Assembly (NCBI GenBank): GCA_041920275.1 | Contig: JAYRSE010000007.1 | Location: forward strand, 20,517-84,516 | DNA: 64,000 nt | Reading direction: 5' to 3' | Origin: Minisyncoccota bacterium | GTDB lineage: Bacteria; Patescibacteriota; Minisyncoccia; Phycocordibacterales; UBA12088 | Shown here: positions 37,827 through 46,868 of the stretch, one piece after another | Numbering within the stretch: position 1 is the first letter of the stretch | Layout of the letters: each line of letters opens with the position of its first letter | Translations under genes and position numbers: made by a program | The notes under the pieces: generated by a model | The model's input: only the letters and a program-made list of their open reading frames with translations | Databases searched by the model: none | Told to the model about the DNA's origin: nothing

Positions 37827-39110
37827 ATGGCGGTTTGGCTCAACATGCTGGAGCCCATCTTTTTTCACGAACGTGACCGCGATGGACTCTTGATCATCGC
37901 ACTCGATCACACTCCGGTCGCAGAGTACGCGCGGAAACACTACCGTTCCGACGAACTGCTTTTGGTATCAAGTACTCGACCGCTCCCATGTCCCACGTTC
38001 GACGAACTCCTTACCGAGACCGACCTTGCGGATCGACTCATGGAGCGATCGGTCACCCAACTCGCGGTACCGTACCGCACCAAGAAAGAGTACCGCGTGT
38101 GGGCTCGCGCTCACCACATCACGCTCATAACCCCTTCGGCACATATACAGAATCGCCTCGAGAACAAACGAGCGTTCCAACGACTGCTCGAAGGCCATGG
38201 CGTGCGTACACCCGCAGTACTTCGTGAACGAGCGCAGGTGCTGCCGGGAAAAACATACGTGATCCAAAAGAGCGTCGGCTCGGGCATGCTTGGCACCGAG
38301 TTTCTTCGAGCGGATGACGTGCGAGACATTCACTTCACCCGTTCAACCCTTGTCCGCGAGTACGTGGAGGGAATCCCTATCGGCGTAAGCATCATCATCG
38401 ATCGAGCGGGAATTGCGATCTTTTCGGCGACGCGAAGACAGTGTTTTGAGTACGAGAACGGCTTTCCGAAGACATTCCTCGGCATACAGTGGCTCCCTGC
38501 CGACTTCCTTTCGAAACAGACGATCGAATCGATCCGCCACGAACTAATGCGTGTCTGCTCGTTACTTCACACTGCATCCTTCGCCGGCATGGCCAACATC
38601 GACCTCGTCATAGCACACGACCGCGCGTACGTACTTGAATGCAATCCGCGCCTCTCTGCGTCGACCCCACAACTCTTTTCCGTACCGGGACTCACCGCAC
38701 ATGCGGAACCGTGGCCACTCTATGTGCGCGCCTGTTTACGCAAGCGATTCGACCTGTCAAATACTCTTATTTGTCACATTCCCAAGAGCCCCTACATGGG
38801 CTCCACGCTCGATATCGACGTGCCTGCATGTTCCGACACAACACACGTTCCCCCCGTGGGGACCTACCGCCTCACCCCCGCCGGCGTGTCTTTTGTCGAA
38901 AAGGATCGACACCTATCGGATGATCACAACACGTTCTTCCTTTTTCACGAACTCAGCGAACCACATACCCGCATACAACAAGCATTCACGCTCGCGAGCA
39001 TCTACAGCAACACGCCACTCTACGACCACACCACCGGCACCTTGAACGCGCACGGATCAAAACTGCGCACTGCCGTATGTACCTTATTCGGTTACCATCC
39101 CACCCCATGA
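37827..39110 (+). CDS. ATP-grasp domain enzyme (third ATP-grasp module of the operon)
   Basis: NKRAFQRLLEGHGVRTP ... YVIQKSVGSGMLGTEF ... VREYVEGIPIGVSII ... MANIDLVIAHDRAYVLECNPRLS. Confidence 0.65.
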   Translation: MAVWLNMLEPIFFHERDRDGLLIIALDHTPVAEYARKHYRSDELLLVSSTRPLPCPTFDELLTETDLADRLMERSVTQLAVPYRTKKEYRVWARAHHITLITPSAHIQNRLENKRAFQRLLEGHGVRTPAVLRERAQVLPGKTYVIQKSVGSGMLGTEFLRADDVRDIHFTRSTLVREYVEGIPIGVSIIIDRAGIAIFSATRRQCFEYENGFPKTFLGIQWLPADFLSKQTIESIRHELMRVCSLLHTASFAGMANIDLVIAHDRAYVLECNPRLSASTPQLFSVPGLTAHAEPWPLYVRACLRKRFDLSNTLICHIPKSPYMGSTLDIDVPACSDTTHVPPVGTYRLTPAGVSFVEKDRHLSDDHNTFFLFHELSEPHTRIQQAFTLASIYSNTPLYDHTTGTLNAHGSKLRTAVCTLFGYHPTP

Positions 39111-40468
39111 ATACACACAATGACAGGACGCCACCACTCGTTTCCGAAGTGATGAAAGCGGAACTTCGTAAGAAATTCACGCGTATTTTGCGCGAAGAAT
39201 ATACCGGATCCGCACGAAGCTTGCTACCGGTCGTACGAGGCGTGCGCCGGAAGCGCGATCGATTCCTCGAGATCGTCCGGACGCATGGCACACCGTGCTT
39301 CGTGCTCGATGAAGAGGCGCTTGAAGACTCGCTCGAATCGTTCGATCGAGCGTTCAAGGCGATTCCCGACCTGGAAACATACTATGCGATAAAAGTGAAC
39401 GACCACCCGGTTGTATTGCGTACGATCGTTGAACATGGGTACGGACTGGACGCTTCGAGCGAACGTGAGCTCCGTCTTGCGATCGAAGCGGGAGCGAAAC
39501 GGATCATATACACCGGTCCCGCAAAGAGCCGCGCGGGACTTTCTCTTGCACTCGAACACGCCTCCAAGGTGGTAGTGCACCTCGACAGTTTTCACGAACT
39601 TGCACTCCTCGCGGAGGTCACTTCCGCACAAGAACGGGCAATCGTTGCGGGAGTACGGATCACCTCGGCGTCCGCGTGGAACAAATTCGGCATACCGCTT
39701 GAAGACCTGCGCCGATTCTATGACCTCGCCCGCAACCATCCGAGCATTGACCTATGCGGTATTCAGACACATCGGAGTTGGAACACGGACCACGAACCGT
39801 ACGTGGATACGATGCGTCAGGTTGCAACATACCTTGCGGACCATTTCACCACCGAAGAACGCGCCGGTTTCCGTTTTTACGACTTTGGTGGCGGTTTTGT
39901 CCCCGATGCAACGGAAGGAGAGCACCCGTGGTATTCGCCACAAGGAAAAGTGGTACGAGCCATCTACGAATACTTCGAGGAAGAAGCCCCCTTCCCCTAC
40001 AAACACCACACGTTCCGCTCATCACCACTGCGCGAATACGCACGCGGTATCGCCGTCGGTATAAAAAACCACCTCCGACCGACCCTTCCGAATGCACGGT
40101 ACATGACGGAGCCGGGTCGCATCATTGCCGACAGTGCGATGCATGTGCTGCTTCGTATAGCGGATCGCAAGGAAGGACTCATTATCGCGGATGGCGGCTT
40201 GAACATGATCGGATATGAGCGTTATGAAGATGAGTACTTTCCCATCGTAAACCTTACACATCCGGGAAAAAAGGAGATTGACTGCATGGTCTACGGCTCA
40301 CTCTGCATGATGCAAGACCGCTGGGGATACTCATGCTTCGCATCAAAACTCGAGATCGGTGACGTGCTCGTGGTACCGAACCAAGGCGCCTTGACCTACT
40401 CGCTCTCACAAGACTTCATTCACGGCAAACCCCCGGTGCACATACTTCCTCGTTCATCACGGAAGTGA
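39107..40468 (+). CDS. PLP-dependent decarboxylase, fold type III (diaminopimelate/ornithine decarboxylase family)
   Basis: TPCFVLDEEAL ... YAIKVNDHPVVLRTIVEHGYGLDASSERE (PLP lysine) ... FDFGGGF. Start ATG overlaps the upstream stop (ATGA). Confidence 0.75.
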   Translation: MNTHNDRTPPLVSEVMKAELRKKFTRILREEYTGSARSLLPVVRGVRRKRDRFLEIVRTHGTPCFVLDEEALEDSLESFDRAFKAIPDLETYYAIKVNDHPVVLRTIVEHGYGLDASSERELRLAIEAGAKRIIYTGPAKSRAGLSLALEHASKVVVHLDSFHELALLAEVTSAQERAIVAGVRITSASAWNKFGIPLEDLRRFYDLARNHPSIDLCGIQTHRSWNTDHEPYVDTMRQVATYLADHFTTEERAGFRFYDFGGGFVPDATEGEHPWYSPQGKVVRAIYEYFEEEAPFPYKHHTFRSSPLREYARGIAVGIKNHLRPTLPNARYMTEPGRIIADSAMHVLLRIADRKEGLIIADGGLNMIGYERYEDEYFPIVNLTHPGKKEIDCMVYGSLCMMQDRWGYSCFASKLEIGDVLVVPNQGALTYSLSQDFIHGKPPVHILPRSSRK

Positions 40469-40561
40469 GATTGTCGATCAGTTAAGACCTGGGGTGTTTA
40501 CTTGTATCTCAATATGTTGTATCTTCATGCAAGACCTACATAACCGATAGCGGAGGTACCC

Positions 40562-40699
40562 ATGCATCACTGCGAATGTGGAAAACGCATCACCAAGATC
40601 CTGGTGCGCGGCAAGCAAAGGCCGCCACCGGACATACATCACAACCTCTGTACGAGATGTTGGAGGAGGCTCCTCGAGACACTAAGATGGTATTATTGA
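40562..40699 (+). CDS. 45-aa zinc-ribbon-like micro-protein
   Basis: GGAGG SD 7 nt upstream. MHHCECGKRITKILVRGKQRPPPDIHHNLCTRCWRRLLETLRWYY (CxC ... CxxC). Below the ORF-track length cut-off. Confidence 0.3.
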   Translation: MHHCECGKRITKILVRGKQRPPPDIHHNLCTRCWRRLLETLRWYY

Positions 40700-40752
40700 T
40701 CCCGGAAACCCACGACGGCAACGTCGTGGGTCTGTTCGTATCTGACTACCGC

Positions 40753-41694
40753 CTAAAGCGGCATGAGGCCATTCACCACAAGCTCTGCACATACGAACGT
40801 GAGCCAAAAGAGAAAGAGTGCGCCCGCCTCTTTCTTTGAAATGACGTGCCCGGTCTTCATAAAACGGAACAACATGAACGATGCGACGACCATGAACATG
40901 CCGGTCACATAGATGATGCGGTGCGGGAAGTCGAACGGGTGAATAAGTGCCAAAAGCCCTACCACGACGGTCGCGTCCGCAAGGACCGTACCGAGTATGT
41001 CACCGAGTGCGAGCGAATCATCGCGCTTACGTACCGAACGAAGCGAGAAGAAGAGTTCCGGCATGGTGGTACCGAGCCCGATCACGAACATGCCGATCAA
41101 CACCACACTCACCCCGAGGTCCGACGCAAGCGCTTCAGCCGCGATGACGGCGAAATGGGCACCGACAAGCAAGGTCGCCATGCTGAGAAGAAGCATGAGG
41201 AACGATCGACGCCATCCGTCATGCTTTGGCACCGGCAAGGTGCCATCGGTACCATCACGGAGTGCGATGTAGTAGAACACCCCACCTGCAATGATGAGGG
41301 CAAGCCCGTCGAGGCGCGAATAGTGGCCGTTGAGACCGAGCACGACCGGGAGCAGCAGCATGAGCGGATACACGAGGTGATTTTTAACGATCTTTCCCTC
41401 GATCGAAAGTCCGCGCCGCGCAAAAAAGACGATGATCGCGACAATGAGCGTAAGGTCCGCAATATTCGAACCGAGCAAGGTACCGAGACCGAGCGATGGA
41501 ATACCTTCGAGCGCGGCGTTCACGGCGATCATGGTTTCGGGGAGTATGGAAATGACCGCCACGATGATGAAACCCACCGCATATTTCGAAAGGCGAAAAT
41601 GTCTTGCGAGCAACGCCGCGTACCGTGTCGCGAGCGTCGCCCCTTTCCCTACCAGAAAGAGTGCGGCCGCGAGAATGAAGAGGTCGTTCGTCAT
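40753..41694 (-). CDS. Na+/Ca2+ exchanger family (CaCA) membrane antiporter
   Basis: Two alpha-repeat motifs GSNIADLTLIVAII and GTTMPELFFSL. About 10 TM. Confidence 0.75.
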   Translation of the reverse strand: MTNDLFILAAALFLVGKGATLATRYAALLARHFRLSKYAVGFIIVAVISILPETMIAVNAALEGIPSLGLGTLLGSNIADLTLIVAIIVFFARRGLSIEGKIVKNHLVYPLMLLLPVVLGLNGHYSRLDGLALIIAGGVFYYIALRDGTDGTLPVPKHDGWRRSFLMLLLSMATLLVGAHFAVIAAEALASDLGVSVVLIGMFVIGLGTTMPELFFSLRSVRKRDDSLALGDILGTVLADATVVVGLLALIHPFDFPHRIIYVTGMFMVVASFMLFRFMKTGHVISKKEAGALFLFWLTFVCAELVVNGLMPL

Positions 41695-41708
41695 ATCGAT
41701 CCACGTGA

Positions 41709-43682
41709 CTATCGTCCCTCACCCGACGTCTTTTTTTTCAGAGTATCAAGCTTCTTCATGTACGCCAGGAACGTGAGAATGTACTGCGCGTGACTCCAGA
41801 TGAGCGGAGTGACCGAAGTTGGAGCGTGGGTTACAGGATGATACTGCTCGGCAAAAAGACCGGCCTCGTTCGCACGCCGCTTCATCCACTCGAGCCGTCG
41901 CCGAGGCATTTCCAGGTCCTGCAGGTCCTTTGCGCGCGCGATCTCATACTCTGCGACCCAACACGTGGTGACCACCCACGGATTACTTGCCGCATCGTGG
42001 TGTGCGAAGTATCGATCGCCATCGTAGCGCGCTATGCCGATACCCTCCACATCGGTCGTCAGCGCAGCACAGGTGCGTTCGTACACTCGCTCCAGGATCG
42101 GATCGTCCGGTGGGAGAACACCGAAGCGAAAGAGGCCGTAAAAGCTCGAGACGTCGACCGTCTCATCGAGCGATTGCTCGCCATGACTGGAAACAATGCA
42201 CTTCGCAGCGCGCCCATCTTGTGAGACAAGTGTACGCATGATACCATCACGCACCTCCTCGGCAGCAGTCCCCCATCTCCTGCAAGAAACCTCCTTACCA
42301 AGCAACTTGGCGAAAGATGCGGCGGTGGTAAGTGCCGCATATACCACACTTGACGTGTACGTGAACGCGCCCACACGCTCTTCCCACAGATCATGACTCG
42401 GAAGCGGCAGCTTCGTCTTTTTGTCTCTGTATCGAGCGAGAAAGTCGGCGACACGACGGATGTACGGGTTGTACATCTCCTCAATGAACTCGACATCATG
42501 CGTGAGCTCATAATGTCTCCCGAGGGCGATCAAAGTGATCGCGGTTTCATCTTCTTGAATGGGTGGCTGCGCACGTCCATCGCGCACCCACGGATGCCAC
42601 GAACTCCCGAGCGAACGATCGGTACGATATTTATGGAGCAGATATCCGTCGTCCGTAAGTGTTTCCTGTGCAAACTTGTGGAACGAACGCGAGATCGTGG
42701 TGTGACCGGTCTCCAAAAATGCGAGCACCACGTACGCCGAATCTCTGGGCCAACAGTAGCTGTAGGTATCACGCCCACTCTGCAAGATACTCGAATCGCC
42801 GGATGCGACCACCGCTCCGCCATTGTCCGTATGCGTGCGCATGACCAAAAGCGACCTGCGACACAATGTGACGAGCTCAGGATCGATACCTTCGGGGTGA
42901 CACCCCGGCCGATCCACCCAAGCCCTCCAGTAGTCCATAGTGGTCCTCAACAGATGCATGGGGCTTCTGGTCAAAATGTCACGATGGTGCCGTTCAACGA
43001 CGCGATACGACTGCCCCACCGCGATCCAGTATGAAAGCGAACGCGAACCCTTGCTTCGCACCGTCATGGTCAAGCCGAGCACCGAGTCGACACTGCCGTG
43101 TTCAATGCCGCTCTTCGAAAGAACGCCGTCCTCGGCATCACGCCACGTACCCTCTCTACCTTCGATACCCAGGAGACCAACCCCATAGTCATCAAAGAAG
43201 TCTTCGTCGCTTCGCGCTGAGACGAGGATGACTCGACGCCCCTTGTAGTGCACCAGTGCCTGCAACTCCGGCGAGTAGTACGCCGTATCCCCGCGCTCCG
43301 TCTCACTTATATGAAACTGTTGATTGAAAAAAACCTTGAACACGCGGTCGCGGTCGAAGAGATTCTCAACCGTTACCGAGCGCACGAAAATGTCATGTTC
43401 ATTGTAGACGATGTCGAAAAAAGAGAGAGCGATACCCGCCTCACGATGCACCGCGCGCACCGCACCGACCAACGTGTCCTTCTCATAGGTTACCTGCACC
43501 TCAAAGCCACCACCGGAAAGCCAGTGCATCGCACCGTCCACGAAAACACCAATACGATGCATGAGACGTTCACCAACATGGTTCTCAAGACCGACCTGGG
43601 GAAAATAGAAGTCGCGCACCTGACCCCACTCATCGTACACGATGAGGACATTCCCATTTCCCAATACGAGTGAGCGAGCCAT
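41709..43682 (-). CDS. GH15-family glycoside hydrolase (glucoamylase / glucodextranase / trehalase-like)
   Basis: DNGGAVVASGDSSILQSGRDTYSYCWPRDSAYVVLAF, including the GH15 WPRD block. 657 aa. Confidence 0.75.
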   Translation of the reverse strand: MARSLVLGNGNVLIVYDEWGQVRDFYFPQVGLENHVGERLMHRIGVFVDGAMHWLSGGGFEVQVTYEKDTLVGAVRAVHREAGIALSFFDIVYNEHDIFVRSVTVENLFDRDRVFKVFFNQQFHISETERGDTAYYSPELQALVHYKGRRVILVSARSDEDFFDDYGVGLLGIEGREGTWRDAEDGVLSKSGIEHGSVDSVLGLTMTVRSKGSRSLSYWIAVGQSYRVVERHHRDILTRSPMHLLRTTMDYWRAWVDRPGCHPEGIDPELVTLCRRSLLVMRTHTDNGGAVVASGDSSILQSGRDTYSYCWPRDSAYVVLAFLETGHTTISRSFHKFAQETLTDDGYLLHKYRTDRSLGSSWHPWVRDGRAQPPIQEDETAITLIALGRHYELTHDVEFIEEMYNPYIRRVADFLARYRDKKTKLPLPSHDLWEERVGAFTYTSSVVYAALTTAASFAKLLGKEVSCRRWGTAAEEVRDGIMRTLVSQDGRAAKCIVSSHGEQSLDETVDVSSFYGLFRFGVLPPDDPILERVYERTCAALTTDVEGIGIARYDGDRYFAHHDAASNPWVVTTCWVAEYEIARAKDLQDLEMPRRRLEWMKRRANEAGLFAEQYHPVTHAPTSVTPLIWSHAQYILTFLAYMKKLDTLKKKTSGEGR

Positions 43683-43709
43683 GGCATGTTACCGTACACC
43701 CCGGATGTA

Positions 43710-44132
43710 CTACTTGCAGCAGGGTGAACGCAGTGCTTGCATCGTCTTCGCACGACTCGTGGCACCCTCGACCCGCGAAGCAAGCGCGTCTTTACCAAAA
43801 CAATCACGGAGCCATACCGCAAAATCGTTTCCATTACGCCTCGTGTGGTAGGAATACTGCTCGTCGGTCATCTCCCCAAGGGCCTCCATGAGCTCCGCAA
43901 CCGAGGAGACCACCGGCCCGTGGTGGATCCAGAACGCTTCTTCCGGTTTACATGCGGCGCGACACACGCATGCTGTGTCCCTGGTCGATGTTTTCTTTAC
44001 GGCGACACGCTTGCTCGCAGTCGTCGTACGCTTCTCCTTCACTACGGTCGACGGCGTTCGTGTCTCTTTCTTCTGCTTTGGGGTGGACGCCTTTTCTTCC
44101 ACCTTTTTCTGAGCCGGGGTCTTTGTAGGCAT
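43710..44132 (-). CDS. hypothetical protein with Lys-rich N-terminal tail
   Basis: MPTKTPAQKKVEEKASTPKQKKETR ... followed by a C-terminal globular part. No family recognised. Confidence 0.4.
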   Translation of the reverse strand: MPTKTPAQKKVEEKASTPKQKKETRTPSTVVKEKRTTTASKRVAVKKTSTRDTACVCRAACKPEEAFWIHHGPVVSSVAELMEALGEMTDEQYSYHTRRNGNDFAVWLRDCFGKDALASRVEGATSRAKTMQALRSPCCK

Positions 44133-44136
44133 ATGT

Positions 44137-45411
44137 TTATGACTTAATGGCTTGTAATACGGAACGAGTTTTATGTGAAAGGGCTTCCAGGAACGTACGC
44201 TTGTGCCGCCGTTCCGGAAGTGCACGCACACGCATGGTGAGGTCGTTGAGCACGTTCATGTACGCTATGAACGCTTCATAGGGGGAATCGTACGGACTGA
44301 AATACTTATGTACATCACCATCCTCCCACCATTTGGTGCACATGTAGTAGAAATGGTCCGAGGTGGTGAGTCGACGCCAATCACGCAAAAGCTCAGGGTC
44401 GTTGGCACTTTTGACCTCGCCCTCAATGGCATACAACGCGCGAAGTGCGTCGTGCTGTATCGGATTGCTGCGCCACGCGGAAAGGTCACGTTCGACGTCG
44501 GCCCACGAAACGTAGTCCGGCACATCGATCTCACCGACCGCGGGGTACCGCGTAAGCGCTTCCGTGGGAGTGACGAAGCCATTGTCCGGATAGCGCGTGA
44601 CTTCGTGCGGCAATGCCCGAAGAAAGTCAAAAATGCCCGTATCTTCCCACTGGTGCTCGCCGAACGTCTCGTAGTCCATGAAAAGGTTGATGACGTGCCC
44701 ATCGCCATTGTGCGCATCCACCCACTGGGCGAACTTCGGTGCCGTGAGCGGCCACTCTTCCCATCCGCGATTTGAAAACCGGAACGCGATGTCGTCGGAG
44801 AGTTTGTAGTGCTTGAGCAGCAAGCGAAAACCGGGATCGTTGCGCGCATGGTACACGTAGGTCGGTTTTCGCCAACCGAGCACATGGTCGGCCCCTTCCG
44901 CAAGCATGCCGAGGTACCCCATGTCGGCGACCATGGCGGCGATGTCGTTGCGGTAGATAAGCTCCGTATTGCGAAACACGTACGGCCGCACGCCGAACAA
45001 CTCGCGCACCTTACGCGCGTGCATCCGCACCTGTTCGCGAAACTCATCGGGTGACTCGAGGAACGCAAGCGAGTGATAGTAGGTCTCCGAAAGCACTTCC
45101 ACACGGCCGGTGTCAATGAGACGTTTGAAAGACTCCACCACCTCGGGCGCATACTCTTCGAACTGTTCAAGCGCGATCCCGGAGAACGAGAACGCGACCT
45201 TGAAATCCGGATGTGTCCTCAGGCTTTCAAGCAACGTGGCGTTTGCCGGCAAGTAACACTTTTCTGCCACCTTACGCACGATACGGGCGTTGTTGGTGTC
45301 ACGCTCCGAGTCGTCGTTGAAGTACCGATGATCGGCACCGATATCAAAAAAGCCGTAACGCTTGACGCGTCGTGGCTGATGGACTTGAAAATACATGCAC
45401 ACCGCACTCAT
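44137..45411 (-). CDS. GH57-family alpha-glucan-active enzyme (alpha-amylase / 4-alpha-glucanotransferase / branching-enzyme-like)
   Basis: N-terminal YFQVHQP motif typical of GH57. 424 aa. Confidence 0.75.
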   Translation of the reverse strand: MSAVCMYFQVHQPRRVKRYGFFDIGADHRYFNDDSERDTNNARIVRKVAEKCYLPANATLLESLRTHPDFKVAFSFSGIALEQFEEYAPEVVESFKRLIDTGRVEVLSETYYHSLAFLESPDEFREQVRMHARKVRELFGVRPYVFRNTELIYRNDIAAMVADMGYLGMLAEGADHVLGWRKPTYVYHARNDPGFRLLLKHYKLSDDIAFRFSNRGWEEWPLTAPKFAQWVDAHNGDGHVINLFMDYETFGEHQWEDTGIFDFLRALPHEVTRYPDNGFVTPTEALTRYPAVGEIDVPDYVSWADVERDLSAWRSNPIQHDALRALYAIEGEVKSANDPELLRDWRRLTTSDHFYYMCTKWWEDGDVHKYFSPYDSPYEAFIAYMNVLNDLTMRVRALPERRHKRTFLEALSHKTRSVLQAIKS

Positions 45412-46634
45412 ACTCGTAGAACGGTCTTTTTCAAAGACCTATAGATCATCATACAGCGTTCCGCCACTCTTCTCCAAGTCTGTGCCCCCGCCTCGCGACG
45501 CCCCTCGCGGGAAAGTGTTTCGCGCAGCGAGGGATGGTCGAGCACCGCGGCGATCTTGTTCGCCATATCATCGGTATCCCAAAAATCGACCTTGAGCGCG
45601 TTGTGTATCACCTCGGAAACACCCGACTGTTTCGAAATGAGAACCGGGGTGCCATTCAAAAGCGACTCGAGCGGCACGATACCGAACGGCTCCGAGACCG
45701 AGGGCATGACGACCACATCGGCCAATCCATAAAGTCGCGCGAGCTGCTTGTCACGCAAGAAACCGGTGAAAAGCACCCGATCTCCGATGCCGAGGTACGC
45801 CGCACGATCGATGACCGCCTGCGCCATGTCGCCCGAACCGGATACCACGAACAGTGTGTTCGTACGCCGAGAGAGGACCTTCTTCGCCGCTTCCAAAAAG
45901 TAGTCGGGGCCCTTCTGCAGTGTGAGTCGACCAACAAAAAGCACGATGCTCCACCCGAGACCCTTGAACCTGCGCATATCGGACTCGGTGGCGCTTGCGA
46001 CCGCAATGTCATCCGAATCGATACCGTTGTGCACCACCACCACCTTGTCGGGATCGATGCCGTACCGATCGACAACGATGCGCTTCGTGTATTCGGAGAC
46101 GGTCACCACGACATCCGCCTCGTACATACCTCGACGTTCGATATCGTAAATGGACTGATTCACCTTACCGAAACCGGTACGGTCGAACTCGGTGGCATGA
46201 ACATGAGCCACGAGCGGAGCTCCCGTAGCACGCTTTGCCGCCATTCCGGCCGGGTAGCAGAGCCAGTCATGCATGTGAATCACATCCGGCTGTTGTGCCA
46301 ATGCGACCATGGGCGAAAGTGCGGCGTAGCGGAGCACCTCGTCGAACAGGCTCGGACCGTACTGCAACTCCGGGTATTGGCCACGCAAGAAACGCAGCCG
46401 GTCATCGGTCATGTATCCGTTCGCAAAGGAATCCGCCTCTACGGCAGTAAGCGGGCGTGCTTCATCGGCAAAGAGCATACGTGCGCCACTATTTGCGACC
46501 GGATACTTGCGCGGGAGCACAAAGCGAACGTCGGCACCCTCGGCAACGAGGCCGCGTGCCAGGCCATGGCACGCAACGCCAAGACCACCACTGTTGTGCG
46601 GTGGGTACTCCCAGCCGTACATAAGTACACGCAT
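45408..46634 (-). CDS. GT4-family glycosyltransferase (glycogen/alpha-glucan synthase-like)
   Basis: MRVLMYGWEYPPHNSGGLGVACHGLARGL N-terminus. EX7E-type C-terminal half. 4-nt overlap with the GH57 gene. Confidence 0.75.
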   Translation of the reverse strand: MRVLMYGWEYPPHNSGGLGVACHGLARGLVAEGADVRFVLPRKYPVANSGARMLFADEARPLTAVEADSFANGYMTDDRLRFLRGQYPELQYGPSLFDEVLRYAALSPMVALAQQPDVIHMHDWLCYPAGMAAKRATGAPLVAHVHATEFDRTGFGKVNQSIYDIERRGMYEADVVVTVSEYTKRIVVDRYGIDPDKVVVVHNGIDSDDIAVASATESDMRRFKGLGWSIVLFVGRLTLQKGPDYFLEAAKKVLSRRTNTLFVVSGSGDMAQAVIDRAAYLGIGDRVLFTGFLRDKQLARLYGLADVVVMPSVSEPFGIVPLESLLNGTPVLISKQSGVSEVIHNALKVDFWDTDDMANKIAAVLDHPSLRETLSREGRREAGAQTWRRVAERCMMIYRSLKKTVLRV

Positions 46635-46868
46635 TGTATGAACTATGCCGGCACGCGCGTTACGGCTTGCACGCCCCGCATTGCTTTTCAGTATACACCA
46701 AAACGGTATTCGGCATGCCGAACGCTGTGCATAACTCACAAATTCCTCTGATCGAGCGTCGCGAACGAGGTGTTGTCATACGAAAGAAACCGGGTATCTG
46801 CCGCGTAGTACACAGCAGACCGATCGGAAATACATTACCTATTCAACAATAAATAATGAACTAAACGT

